Below, piece by piece: positions 25,853 to 39,224 of a stretch of 64,000 nt of DNA (its first letter is position 1; each line of letters opens with the position of its first letter). The DNA comes from Octopus sinensis (taxonomy: Eukaryota). The translations under genes and the position numbers were made by a program. The stretch covers positions 42,656,001 to 42,720,000 of the forward strand of contig NC_043009.1 in NCBI RefSeq assembly GCF_006345805.1. Reading direction: 5' to 3'. Below the pieces are notes generated by a model that did not search any database, was not told the DNA's origin, and saw only the letters and a list, made by a program, of their open reading frames with translations.

Positions 25853-26389
25853 CATACATACATATACGTGTGGGGTGCATGTCTATGTATATCTATATCT
25901 ATTCCTCATGCCAAATATACACTCAGTCACTCGCACACACACACATACACACACACACGCAGTATCAAATATTATACATTTGTTAACAACGACTTGAGAT
26001 TCTAAAATAATAAGAAATGCACCTATGGGAAATGCGAAACATACTTCTTTCTTACAGCGCTAACATGTCAATATTATGTTTAATATTGTTTATATTAAAC
26101 TCTTAGCAGTTTATTACATGTTCATGTGGTAAATATATATAATTGTGTGAATATGTGTGAGTGTAGAGAGAGTGAGCTTGATGAAAGAGAAATTATATAT
26201 ATTTATATGTATATGTATATGTATATATTTATGTATGTATGTATTTATTTATATATATATATATATATATGCATATACATACATATATATATATACATAA
26301 TAAATTAATAAATAAATAAAACATATGCATATACACATACATATATGTACGTATCTACCTCTACATGTATATATACATGCATATATGGG

Positions 26390-26565
26390 TACAGGACACA
26401 AAAAAAAACGTCGAACACAATGAGAAACAAAAACATAAACACAAAACCAAGGAAATGGAAATTTTTTTAAAAACGACGAAAAAATAGTGTACAGGACATA
26501 CAAAACAAGGAAAATTCCCCTTTTTCAGTCACCTTAATTTCATCTACTTCATGTTTTCGAAGGTC
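26390..26565 (-). repeat. Dispersed repeat related to 60700-60890 (Penelope-terminal-like)
   Basis: Reverse complement ccttcgaaaacatgaagtagatgaaatt..gactgaaaaaggggaattttcc resembles gtccgaaacgcggagtagataaaac..actgatgaaggggaatattc. Confidence 0.55.
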
Positions 26566-26785
26566 AAATATATATATATACATAGAGAGAGAATGAGAGG
26601 TGGGGGAGCAATTATGCAGATAAACGAATTAGATACACTAACTATATTAAATATATTAGATATAATAGTTTGGGTATAAAATACAAAATGTGTATATATG
26701 TATATATGGAAAACAAGATAAAGCAAATGGTAGAGACTTTGAGATAATGAATTTTTATGTATGAATATATAGATATTTATATTAA

Positions 26786-27007
26786 CCCATTAAGTCCAAG
26801 ATTACTTAGATTTCTGAATATTACTTTTAAATTTTTATAGATGATTGAAAATAGCTTAAATTGAAAAAATAATCATTAAAACGCCTTTACTTCAAGTAGA
26901 AAGGGAAATACTCGGTGTCCTATAAATAGGACACTGAGACATTGTGATATAGTTTATTTAGTGTTCTCAGTTAGTGTCCTATTTATAGGACAGTGGGAGT
27001 TAATGGG
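26786..27007. mobile_element. piggyBac-like MITE (222 bp)
   Basis: TTAA at 26782-26785 and 27008-27011; TIR cccattaagtcc / ggagttaatggg (11/12). Confidence 0.8.
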
Positions 27008-27164
27008 TTAATAGGTCCAACTTACACGGAGTGCAAACAACAGAGAAAATTAAAGGAGTGGAAGAAAGGTATTCTAAGCCCTACAACTGTTTCTGGGGGC
27101 TCAGAGATCGATAATTATGCTGGTAGATGTAATTCGTCATAATATTCAACTGCAATGTACTTAC

Positions 27165-27196
<32 letters not shown>

Positions 27197-27234
27197 GTGT
27201 GAATGTATGAACATATATACATGTACACTTATAC

Positions 27235-27365
27235 TGACATTAGGAAGGGCATCCAGCCATAGAAGCCAAATCAGATTGGAACCTGGTGTAACTCTCCAGC
27301 TTACCAGTTTCAGTCAGAGTATCTAATTCGTACTAGCATGGAAAGCAGATGCTAAATGATGATGA
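27235..27365 (+). mobile_element. RTE-associated 3' tail fragment
   Basis: cattaggaagggcatccagcc..tagcatggaaagcagatgctaaatgatgatga, shared with 47685, 55440 and 57310. Confidence 0.75.
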
Positions 27366-27527
27366 TATGCGTGAGAGAGAGAGAGAGGAGAGAGAGAGAA
27401 TATGTGTGTGTGTGTGTCTGTGTGCCCCAGTATGGCCACAGCTCGTGTGCTGAAACTGGTTCATTTCATATGTATATATATGTATGTATATTCATACATG
27501 TATATAAATATATATATATATTTATAA

Positions 27528-27566
<39 letters not shown>

Positions 27567-27679
27567 CGTGTGGTGTACATTCATATATATATATTTAGAA
27601 TTTACAAAAATAGAAGATGAATACGGGTTTGTAAACAACAAACAGATGTATTAGTTTAACGCTCTGGAAGTGAGAATGT

Positions 27680-27715
27680 CTTTTACGTTTCGAGCCTATG
27701 CTCTTTGACAGAAAG
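27680..27715 (-). ncRNA. Hammerhead-like motif with variant core, in a terminal remnant (~27595-27765)
   Basis: CUUU CUGUCAA A GAGC AUAG GCUC GAAAC GUA AAAG. Confidence 0.55.
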
Positions 27716-27899
27716 GAATACAGAAATAAACAGGGAAAGAAAATAGAAAAAATTTATAGTGGCTATAAAAATTACCTTTAAAAAATACAAATACTTTTAT
27801 TCTGTTTGGCTTAGAAATTGATGTAACCCTTACCTGCCGTCTAACGGTTAAAAGACAGTTTTTTTACTGGTTGAGATGGCTTAGTTTCTGCTTCAAATA

Positions 27900-28760
27900 T
27901 GGTTACTTCCAGATCTCGTTCTAGTACCTATGATGTAAAAAAAGATGTAGTCTCATGTCAGTGCTTTAATGTGTTGACTTGATATCATGAGTTGAATTTT
28001 TTTCTGAAGAAGTTGTCCATGACAACGGTAACTGGACTATATTTCTGACTTACTGTTCAGTATAATTTTTGTCTAGTTTAGGATCTCGAGTGTCTCTGTC
28101 AAACATAGTCTGAGGTTTTGCAATCCTTTGTTACAGAAAGCAGCTTTAACAATGATAGTCAATGTTGCTGAAACACATTCCAATGAGCTATGCCTGAGTT
28201 CGAAGAGAATTTTGACAAAGATATGGAGTTCATGTACCTTGGGTTGTATGAGTGCAATTGCTGGTAGCATCATTTCTTAAAGGTTTTCACGGCAAGTCCA
28301 TGATACTTTCATTACAACAAAGAATGTTATAGTCACTCTATATACCATCACTTCAGAGAGACACAATTCTATAAGTGAGCACTGGGTTTTCAACAATTAC
28401 GACTTTGTTCTCGCAGTGGAATCTTTCTTGTAAGTTTTAGTTCGGGTATGATGTTTTGGAAGCAATAATATTGGAACAAAAATAGCTGTTCTTAAACGTT
28501 GACAAATTTGTAGTATTTGTGCATAGGTGGGAAATGTTGTCACACTCAGGGTAAGAAATTTCTAGTTGAGTATGTTGGTTGCTATATTCATGCTGTACAG
28601 TGGAATAAACCAGATTGCCATCTTCCTGGATCTTCTGTTGCGTTGGGGATGTCCTTTCTATAAAAGTTTCTCACTTATGACTCTTCTCACTATTGCATCA
28701 TTTCAAAAGCAGATGGCTCTATTGAAAATTCTTTTACCTGAAAGTGAATTAAGAGTTGCA
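27900..28760 (-). mobile_element. Possible decayed Ty3/gypsy integrase relic
   Basis: One minus frame stays largely open: TPYLCQNSLRT..GMC and QTMFDRDTRD..Q*VR resemble the gypsy DPYLALL.YR.TP and QK..YDR.A.....G..V blocks; weak. Confidence 0.3.
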
Positions 28761-29559
28761 AGTTTATCTAATTATGACTAGGGAATTTGCAATATCATGA
28801 TATTTCTGTTTGACTTTCTGTAAGTGCTATGTTTAAATAGATGAGGCTGAAGTAAAGCAAAATGTAATGTTTCAGAAACAACTTTGAAATACCAAGAAAA
28901 CTAAGTGAAACCCTTCAAAAACGTACTTCTGTAGAAATAAGAACTTAAAAAATTCTTATGCAAAACCTAATTCTTAAAATTGAACCAATATATGTAGAAA
29001 CTAAGTCATGAGATTGGAGCAGTATATAATAAAAAAAAAATATCTTTGAAATGCTTTCAGAAGCTATGGTTGGGCAAATTCTATGGTAAAACCTCAAGAA
29101 TGCTAAACCAGAGTATAGACATACAGTACATATACAGACATAAATACAAACCATACGTACTCACACAATCATATATATATATATATATATAGGGAGTGAG
29201 CGAGGGGTGGGAAGTGGGAGCCACTAGTTTTGATCAATTGAGGACAAATCAATTTGATAGCAGCAACAGACTGATACCATTATCCAGGATTATAATATGT
29301 GACCATATACAATGTATAGTGTATGTGCATGTGTGTGTGTATATAATATATATATTATATATCTATATATATATATATATATATATATTATATCTATATA
29401 TATTTTATATATATATATATATATATAATATATATAATATATATGTATATATATAATTTATATTTATATTTATATTTATATATATATATGCGTGCATTTA
29501 TATATGTATCAATACATACATACATACATATATCTATTACTTTTGGAAGAGTTCGGTTA

Positions 29560-29734
29560 AATGAACGAAAGCACTACTAAAGAATTACATTATTTATATT
29601 TGACGGATATTTGTCCTCATCTTGTTTGTTGTTAACACAACGTTTTGGCTGATATACCCTCCAGCCTTCACCAGGTGTCTTGGAGAAATTCCGAACCTGG
29701 ATTCTCATTCCTAAGGTATTTTTCGATGTCGTTA

Positions 29735-29791
<57 letters not shown>

Positions 29792-29858
29792 CCAGGTCAC
29801 TGTTTGGAATCGAACTTGGAATCTTGGGGTTAGAAGCCTACACTCTTAACCACTACGC
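29560..29858 (-). mobile_element. tRNA-headed SINE-like element with internal (TAA)n and a hammerhead motif
   Basis: Head gcgtagtggttaagagtgtaggcttctaaccccaagattccaagttcgattcc (A and B boxes), (TAA)n at ~29735-29790, hammerhead at 29634-29680. Confidence 0.7.
29634..29680 (-). ncRNA. Degenerate minimal type I hammerhead
   Basis: AGACAC CUGGUGA A GGCUG-10nt-CAGCC AAAAC GU U GUGUU; stems I and II intact, A6G and G12A core changes. Confidence 0.6.
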
Positions 29859-30271
29859 GACATAGAGTGAATTTTAGGGCTTATAAATCTAATATTTTCC
29901 TATCCCTCCTTAATACCAGTTCCTATATGCTACTTATATCTGCACTCGGTCTGCTTAGGAGGTTGTTGTGTCCTAGCATATGTGCTGTTTCTTTTAGTTT
30001 TCGTATTTTCCAGTGGTGTTCTTCATCTCTTAAATGTAGAACTGTATTAATAAAGAATTATCTAAATTTTGACTGCATCCTTCTCTCTCTCTCTCTAGTT
30101 CTCCCTCTATCTTTTTCTATATATATACATACACACACATATATATACATGTATATATGTATATATATATATATATTATATATTATATATAATATATATA
30201 TACACACACATTCATACATATATACACACATGCATGTACTAAAATTCTGACAAATCTTATTTAGTGAAGAT

Positions 30272-30304
<33 letters not shown>

Positions 30305-30979
30305 ACTCATGGAATAAGTCTGTCATGATTGTGAAAGAACTCTGTAGGACAGTAAAGCAAAACATGCGTATTTTCCCAAAAGGATGTCATGAATATCCTA
30401 CGTCAGAAACTCAAGAAGACCAAGATGTGTTCAGTGTCTTTGGAGACTTAGAAAATGGGTCTGGGATTTTGTATAAGCATCTAGATATACATATGTCTAT
30501 AATAAATATATATGTGAATCAGTGTGTAAATATGTATTTTTAAATATAATTTTATTTTATTTTTCTATCGTAAACTATGCATGTATGTATACATTTGTAC
30601 ATAAATACAAACATGTATAAACGCTTGTTTTTTTATGTTGAATTATATTAAAAACAATTTAACATGAAACTGAAGAATTACTCAACGCATTTTGTAGAGT
30701 ATAAATTTATTTAGAGTTCTGTTGCGATAAAAGAGGATAAACAGTGGCTTCGGAGTTTCTGTCTGCAAGCTAAAATTTCAAAATCACTGTCACCCCTCTT
30801 CATGTAAAAGTGCAATACATGTGCGTGTATGTGCATGCGTGCATGTGCATGCGTACACGCGCTTATGTACGTACACACACACATATAAATATACGTAAAA
30901 TGTTGGGTGGGAACAAATGCCCATGCCGTTTTTCAGTTGGTGGCATATAAACATCATTTCTCACGTGACAAAAGCTTAT

Positions 30980-31053
<74 letters not shown>

Positions 31054-31169
31054 CATACACACATACATGCATATATGTGTATACATATACATACATATCT
31101 ATTATGTATCGTATGTCTATATATATCATATATATTGTATGTATATATATATATATAATATATATATAC

Positions 31170-31208
<39 letters not shown>

Positions 31209-31264
31209 GTATATAATATATATATATGTATATATATATTTATATATTGAATATGTATATTTAT

Positions 31265-32377
31265 ATGGAGGACAACGAAATACATTTTCATCATTTGATA
31301 AAAGTTTTATTTTCCTGAAAAACTAATCGCTTTGAAAACAGCAAAAGAGACATGAGAAGGTTATGAAGATTATGCCAGAGCTGAAAGGTCTGTTCGTAAA
31401 TGGTTCACTAGATTTGTGGGTAAAATTTTTGATCTGGGAGGCAGTGAACGTTCCAGTATGCCTACACTTGTTGATGATGACTAAATCAAAATGATTATCA
31501 AATGTTATCCAGTTCACACGACAGGAGACATCGCAGAAATACTCCACATATCTCACATGAGCGTTGAAGAGCATTTAAAAACGTTTGGATTCATTTATCA
31601 CTATTTTTTAGCGGCCCATAATTTAATAGAAAAACAATTAATTTAATGGAACGCATTTCCATCTGTATTTCTTTACTCAAAGGCAGCAAAAATGAACCAT
31701 TTTTGAAAAGAACGATTACAGGCAATAAATGGAAAAGAACCTGGGGGGATGAAATGAACCACATTTTATCACTCCTAAAGATGATCAGTATCAGAAGATA
31801 ATGCTCTGTATCCGATGGAATTAGGACATTATGCATTAATAGATCCTTCCATGAAACCAGATGTTGAATTGAAACTATTATTGTTCCCAACTAGACCGAT
31901 TAAAGGAAACAATCGTTGAAAAATGTCGAATTGGTCAGCCAGAAAGATTTCCTCTTTCTCAAAGACAATGCTAGATTTCATGTTTCTTTGCAGACCCGGA
32001 AGAAATTTGTACGGCATTGCTGCAATGTCTAATCACACCCATTGTACTCATCTGACCTCAGATTATCGATTATTTCGATCCTTGCAAAGTTATCTTTATG
32101 GGAAGGACTTCAGTTCTGTGAAAGATTGTTGAAACCGCTTACAGAGCGGCCGGAGCTGAGATATTGTACATCAAATTGAAGCGACATCGCAGCATGACCT
32201 AGAAAGTTGCCAAGTTGTAAAAGGATGAGATCATGAAACTGTCTCAAAGATGACCAAAAGTAGTGGAATAAAATGCGACATTTGTGTTTGAAGAAAGGTA
32301 TTGAAATTATGTAAAAATATTTTTTTTTATTTAAATATTACTTAAAAAACGATACAATCTTTGTTGTTCGAACCCAA
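31265..32377 (+). mobile_element. Decayed mariner transposon
   Basis: MEDNEIHF..RSVRKWFTRF..RITGNKW..DCENRL..KDEIMKLSQR*PKVVE*NAT pieces; ends ..aacccaata; many stops and frameshifts. Confidence 0.8.
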
Positions 32378-32388
32378 TATATATACAT

Positions 32389-33348
32389 AGGCAACAAGCT
32401 GGCAGAATCGTTAACTCGCCCGGAAAAAATGTTTAGCAGCATGTCATCCGCCTTTATGTTCTGAGTTCAAATTTCACCGAGGTCGTCTTTGCCTTTCATC
32501 CTTTTGAAGTCGATAAAATAAGTACCAATCGAACATTAGGGTTCGTGTAATCAATTGATCTCCTACCCCAAAATTGCTGGCTTTGTGCCAAAACTTGAAA
32601 CCAGTATATACACAAACATGCAGGAAGTAAATAGACACCTTTAATTTTCAAAATCTTTTATTTAATACACAAAGCAAACAATTGAAATGTAATCGATAGG
32701 TAGGACGAAATACTTTAGTATTTAGTTGATATTCCCTTTGCAATTTTTAATTCAGAATCTCTTTTTGGCATTGAACTGATGAACTTTGTGACTGTCTCTT
32801 GTGGAATTTCTGCCCACTTTTCACGCAGTAATCGAAACAATTCATCTTTAGATTTAGGTTTCTGTCAAGTTTTTCGTATAGCTCTATCTAGTATGCTCCA
32901 AAGATTTTCAATGGGGTTCATGTCAGGAGATTGGCTCGGCCAAGGAAGCTTTTTGATCCCATCTTAAGACAGCCATTGTTGATACCTTTTTTCTGTGTGG
33001 TATGGAGCCCCATCTTCCAAGAAAAAAAAAACTCATTTTTCGTTATGTTATCGTGTGAATATATTATTATTGAGGTGGCAAGCTAGCAGAATCGTTAGTG
33101 CACTGGACGAAATGCTTAGCTGCATTTCGCTCATTGATACATGGTGAGTTAAAATTCCACCAAGTTCGACTTTGTTTTTCATTCTTTTGAGGTCGATGAA
33201 ATAAGCACCAGTGAAACACTGGGGATTGATGTAATTGATTTATCTCCTCTTCCAAAATTGCTGCCCTTGTGACAAAATTTGAAGCCATCATTTTTTCTTG
33301 TTGTTGTTATTATTATTTTTTTTCTGCTGCTTATTATTATTATTATTA

Positions 33349-33399
<51 letters not shown>

Positions 33400-33622
33400 T
33401 GAAGGTGGTGAATCAGCAGAATTGTTTGCATGCCGGGCAACAAGCTTAGTGATATTCCGTCCACCTTTATTTTTATGCTCTGAGTTCTCACTTCACAGAA
33501 GTTGACTTTTGTCTTTCATCCATTTGGGGCTGATAAACTAAGTACCAGTTGAACACTGGGGTCGATGTACTCAACAAAATCCCTCCCCAAAAACTGCTGG
33601 CCTTGTGCCAAAATGTAAAACC
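32389..33622 (+). mobile_element. SINE family B copies (32389-32602, 33072-33286, 33401-33622)
   Basis: gagctggcagaatcgttagc heads, gtgccaaaa-ttgaaacc tails, (TTA)n spacer between the last two. Confidence 0.85.
32620..33050 (-). mobile_element. Tc1-like transposase C-terminal fragment
   Basis: [58 protein letters not shown]. Confidence 0.9.
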
Positions 33623-33644
33623 ATTATTATTATTATTATTATTA

Positions 33645-33675
<31 letters not shown>

Positions 33676-34952
33676 GTTATTATTATTATTGTTGTTATTA
33701 CTTTCGGTCAGAATTATCTAAATATGATATTATTATTGATATTATTGTTATCACTATAGCGGGGTTTCTCATTTTTGTTGTTGTAGCGGCTATCATTGTG
33801 GTTACTCTTGTTGTTGCTTCCTGTAAGAGCAAAAAGCTTTCAATATATTTTCTAATATACCACTATTTTCATGGCTCTCCAATGCACAAAAGAAAACCAA
33901 ACAACAAACAACAACAAAAATAAGAAAGAAAAACAATAAATAAAATAACAATAACAATAAATATATAAATTAAAACCATTGAATACAAACAAAAATATGA
34001 ATAAAAAAAATAAAGGCAAAATCAAAGACAAAACAAAAATACCAAAATAAAAAATAAAAACAACATACAGTAATTTGTTCGACAAATAAACAAAAATTTA
34101 TTAAAATGTTATTATGTCATTTTTAATATCATATATACGCAAAGTTGTATAGAAAAACCTTTTGGTTTGTACCAGGATTTCTATTCATTGAGGTATTCGG
34201 TGAGATAATACTGACCGAAATGGGAGATGAGTTTTCTACTTCGCTGATTAAACTTGGGTTACACGTTTGTCTATTCAGAACAGCAATTTGGAAGACATCT
34301 TGCTTTTTTTTTTATCTCTCTCTTTATCTCTTCCCCATCTTTCTTTCTTTCTTTCTTTCTTTCGCTCTCTCTCTCTTCTACAAACAGATATCAAAAGAAT
34401 AAAGACATCAGTGAAAATAGAATTGAATAAACATTAGAGATAAACAAGCAGTCTAAAAGAAACAATGAAATGAAATAAATGAATAAAGGTCTTTATTGAA
34501 ATGTATTAAAGTTTTCTCTGCTTTTTGGTGTTGTTTTTTATATTATTATTTTTAATATTTGTATTTTTATTTTCGTTTTTTTATTATTATTTTATTTTCA
34601 TTTTATTATTGTAAGATTTGTTATCGTTTTATATTATCATTATTGTTATTATTATTATCATCCTCATCAGCACCATTATTATTATCATCATCATAATTAT
34701 CATAATCATCATCATCATTATTATTATCTGTAGTAAACTACTTAACAGTGTGTCAGATTGAGATTCAGCCATTAATCATATTTTCTCCAATCAGATTAAT
34801 TAATGAGAGTCATATATATATATATATATATATATATCATATAATATATATATATTATAATATATATTATATATATATATGCTGTGTGGTGTGTGTATTG
34901 TATGTATATATATGTATATGTATATATGTGTTTGTATATGTATATATATGTG

Positions 34953-35014
<62 letters not shown>

Positions 35015-35308
35015 CATGCACACAAATATATATGTACATATATGTATACATATACACACAAATATATACATGTGTGTGTTCGTGTGTGTGTGTATGCGTG
35101 TGTATGTATATGTATCATAGATAAAAGAAGAGGAAGGAAGAAAAGAGAGAAGAAAGGAAGACAAATAGGAAAGAATGAAATGATAAAGAAATGACGGACA
35201 ATATGGAGTTGACAAATTTTTGAAAGCTTCTGGATATTTTAAATGGATTAAAATGCTTCTTAAATGTTGATAATTGAATACTGTATATGAATTGGTGTAG
35301 AAATTACA

Positions 35309-35408
35309 NNNNNNNNNNNNNNNNNNNNNNNNNNNNNNNNNNNNNNNNNNNNNNNNNNNNNNNNNNNNNNNNNNNNNNNNNNNNNNNNNNNNNNNNNNNN
35401 NNNNNNNN
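35309..35408. other. Assembly gap (100 N)
   Basis: Run of exactly 100 n; true size and contiguity unknown. Confidence 1.
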
Positions 35409-36074
35409 TCTTGTTACTTTTTTCTTGTTTTTTTTCTTGTTTTGTGTTTGTTTGTTTGGTTTTGTACGTATTCTGTTTTTTTGTTGTTTTCTCCAAGACA
35501 GAAGTTATTTGCAGTATCATTGATTCTTTATTGATAGTGAGAGATAAATTTGGTAAATTTTATCTTCATTTTTGTGCTTATTTTTTATTCTTTATTTATT
35601 CATTTTTCTTTTATTTTTTTTCAAAAGAACTAATTTTATCACAGTAATAAGACAAAATATATGACCTCTGAATTAATGATTCTTGTTTAGTTCCAAACAG
35701 AAATTTCAAGATTGTTATTATAAAAGTTAATATGTTAAATGTCTTATCAAGTCATAATGACTCAAAGAGTTGGTTCCTTGTCTTTGGTTTCTTTAGTTTC
35801 AAGATGACAGCAAAGTATTTTTCAACCTAATAAAGAACTGTAGAATATATTCTCCCAAATGTAAATTTGGTTTAATTTATGACAACGAAGGACCCTAATG
35901 TACAATTAATTTTCCATGCATAATTAGTATACATAAATAATTAACATTCATGAATGACAATGAAATAGCAAAGGCAGAGCAGAAATCCAAATTCTCTAAA
36001 CTACGAATTATCAGGTCCCCAACATTCTAAGTTCAAATTCAAATGGAGCTCACACTGCCTTCATGTATCAAATA

Positions 36075-36645
36075 TTGATTTCAAGCCAGCAAATCCGAGG
36101 GAGAGATTAAGTCGATTACCTTGACCCCAGTGTTAACTAGCACTTATTTTATCGACCCCCAGAAGGATTAAATACAAAATCAACCTTAGTGGAATTTGAA
36201 CTCAGAATGTGAAGATAGACAAAATGCTGCTATGTATTTTGCCTGGCGTCCTAATGATTCTGTTAGCTTCCTGCCTTTACTATATTAAATATTAAATGAA
36301 TGTTTGTAGGGAAGGTGTATTATCATGGTGGTTAAGATACTAGCCTCATGTTCATAAGATCTTGGAGTCCATTCCTGTACAAAATGGTGCATTGTGCTAT
36401 TGCCAAGTCCATCATATCATCTAACATGATTGTTTTCCCTTCTTTAGCAAGACATGTTTTGACAGTTTTGTTTTTGGCACAGGCACGGATGTGTGGTAAG
36501 AAGCTTGCTTTCCAAACACATGGCTATATGCGTTCAGTTCCACTGTGTGGCACTTTGGGCAAGTGTCTTCTTGTACAATCCCAGGCTAAGCAAAGCTTTC
36601 CAAGCAGATTTGGTACATGAAAACTGAAAGAAACCTATTGTATGT
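36075..36645. mobile_element. SINE B (minus, ~36075-36278) and SINE A 5' half (plus, ~36478-36645)
   Basis: Family core motifs as above. Confidence 0.75.
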
Positions 36646-36671
36646 ATGTATGAATATGTAAATATATATAT

Positions 36672-36992
36672 GTGAGGGCGCGTGGCTTAGTGGTTAGGGC
36701 ATTCGGCTCATGATCGTAAGGTTGGTTAGTTCGATTCCCGGCGACGCTTTGTTGCCTTGAGCAAGACACTTTATTTCACGTTGCTCCAGTCCACTCAGCT
36801 GGCAAAAATGAGTTGTACTTGTATTTCAAAGGTCAGCCTGTCACTCTCTGTGTCACGCTGATTATCCCCGAGAAAACTACGTTAAGGGTACACGTGTCTG
36901 TGGAATACTCAAGCTTTGCACGTTAATTTCACGAGCAAGCTGTTCCGTTGATCGTATCAGCTGGGACCCTCGTCGTCGTAACCGGCGGAGTC
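36672..36992 (+). mobile_element. SINE family D (head D + tail X)
   Basis: gcgcgtggcttagtggttaggg..gttcgattccc..cagctggcaaaaatgagt, then tgtatttcaaaggtcagcc..gtcgtcgtaacc. Confidence 0.85.
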
Positions 36993-37126
36993 TTTAATAT
37001 ATATATACACATATGTATATACATGCATATTCATATATGTGTAAATAATATATAAGATAATATATAACACACACGTATGCATATGCATATATCTACCTAT
37101 CTATCTATCTATCTATCTATATATCT

Positions 37127-37197
<71 letters not shown>

Positions 37198-37212
37198 ATA
37201 CATTTATATATT

Positions 37213-37254
<42 letters not shown>

Positions 37255-37695
37255 TTTATGTATTGTCATATATATATATATATGTATGCATGTATATCAG
37301 TTATTTAATTTTCTCTCATATTTTTCTAATAAATGTCTCTTGTATTTATATAATTTTATTACAATCTGCATTATTATTATTATTTATATTTTTATTTTGC
37401 ATTTTGGTTTTGAACTTTTATTTTAAGAATTATATATCTAATATTTTATTTCAAATACGTTTTAAATATAGCAACTAGCTTTTGCATTGCTAGTTGTACC
37501 AACTCCTGAACTTGATGCCACTGTATAGTATCAAAGTTCCATCCTCTCTATCTGGTGTAAGGATCCAATAATGTAACAGCTTGGGCTTCAATGGACCACA
37601 GCATTTCAATATCTCAAAAACCACAAAAAAAAAACACACCCAAAAATCTCCAAAGATCTATGATGGATAGATGTGGATGCATTAAAAAAAAATTC

Positions 37696-38220
37696 TAGGT
37701 TGAGGAAAAAGGTTTGTGTGCCTTGTTAAAATAAGGTTTTGTTACGCAAGAATTTATTCAAAAACAACTATTCTTCAAAATAAATACTACAATTTTCAAC
37801 GACCTTCTGCTAACAATCTGCAAGCTTTCGGGTTTGGTCCAAGTACCAATGCTTCGGCTTTGAATCGAAAAATTCTTGACAGGCATCTTCAACTTCATTG
37901 AATGACTCAAATTGGCGACCTTTCATAAAGTGCTGCGTTGATTGGAATAGACCATAGTCAGATGGAACAACGTCTGGACTATAGGCTTGATGCAACAGAA
38001 CTTTCACACCATCCAATTCTTCAATCTTGTTGCTGGTCTTTCAGGTGGTATGTGACTTTCATTGTCTTATTGAAACAAAGCATGTTTTCGATGAATAAGT
38101 CTTGGGTACTTTTCAACCAGCGCATTGTAGACTCTATCAAGTTGCTTGCAGTAAAGTTCAGCGTTGATAGCACAACCATTCAGCACAAGTTTAGCGTATG
38201 AACTTTTCCCCTCAACCTAA
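37696..38220 (-). mobile_element. Internally deleted mariner with both TIRs
   Basis: TIRs taggttgaggaaaaagg / aacttttcccctcaaccta; ORF 37810-38016 with YSPDVVPSDYGLF. Confidence 0.85.
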
Positions 38221-38279
38221 TGGACAAATTTTTTATCCATGATACCTGATCAAACTGGCACTCCATTGATTACAATGAG

Positions 38280-38576
38280 GGCTCCAATTGATCCAATCAA
38301 TGGAACAGCCTGCTTGTAAAATTAACATGCAAGTGGCTGAGCACTCCACAGATATGAGTACCCTTAACGGAGTTGTCAGTGAGATTCAGCTTGAGAAAGA
38401 ATATGACAAGGCCGGTTCTTGGAAATTCAGGTACTATTCATTTTTGCCAGCTAAATGGACCAGAGCAACATGAAATAAAGCGTTTTGCTTAAGGACACAA
38501 TGCGTGGCCAGGAATTGTACTCATGATCGTATGAGCGTGAGTTGAATGCCTTAAACACTAAATCACACATGTTCAC
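38280..38576 (-). mobile_element. SINE family D (head D + tail X), diverged
   Basis: gtggctgagcactccacaga..cattttgccagct..ggacacaatgcg. Confidence 0.75.
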
Positions 38577-38604
38577 TTCATCAAGCTACATCAAAGAAAT
38601 ACAA

Positions 38605-38988
38605 AGGAGTGGCTGTGTGGTAAGTAGCTTGCTTACCAAACACATGGTTCTGGGTTCAGTAACACTGCGTGGCACCTTAGACAGGTGTCTTCTACTACAA
38701 GGCCTTGTGAGTGGATTTGGTAGATGGAAACTGAAAGAAGCTCGTCGTATATATATATATATTTACGTGTGTGTGTGTTTGTGCATCTGTGTTTGTCCCC
38801 CCACACCATCACTTGACAACCGATGTTGGTGTATTTACATACCTGTAACTTAGCAGTTCAGCAAAAGTGATCGATAGAATAAGTACTAGGCTTACAACGA
38901 ATAAGTCCTTAGGTCGATTCGTTCGACTAAAGGTGGTGCTCCAGCATGGCCACGGTCAAATGACTGAAACAAATAAGAGAATAAAAGA
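38605..38988 (+). mobile_element. SINE family A full copy
   Basis: Complete family structure. Confidence 0.9.
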
Positions 38989-39000
38989 AATATATTTATA

Positions 39001-39224
39001 TTTCTTTACTACCCACAAGGGGCTAAACACAGAGGGGACAAACAAGGACGGACAAACGGATTAAGTCGATTACATCGACCCCAGTGCGTAACTGGTACTT
39101 AATTTATCGACCCCGAAAGGATGAAAGGCAAAGTCGAACCCGGCGGAATTTGAACTCAGAACATAACGGCAGACGAAATATGGCTACGCATTTCGCCCGG
39201 CGTGCTAACGTTTCTGCCAGCTCG
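39001..39224 (-). mobile_element. SINE family B, young long-tail copy
   Basis: Near-identical to 12555 and to the reverse complement of 45705. Confidence 0.9.

Noticed and set aside
30325-30543. 72-aa ORF (..ETQEDQDVFSVFGDLENGSG..)
   Set aside because: No recognisable family and no convincing donor site; within chance for this window.
35260-35523. ORFs spanning the N run; any structure linking the two sides of the gap
   Set aside because: Assembly gap of unknown size; contiguity is not guaranteed.
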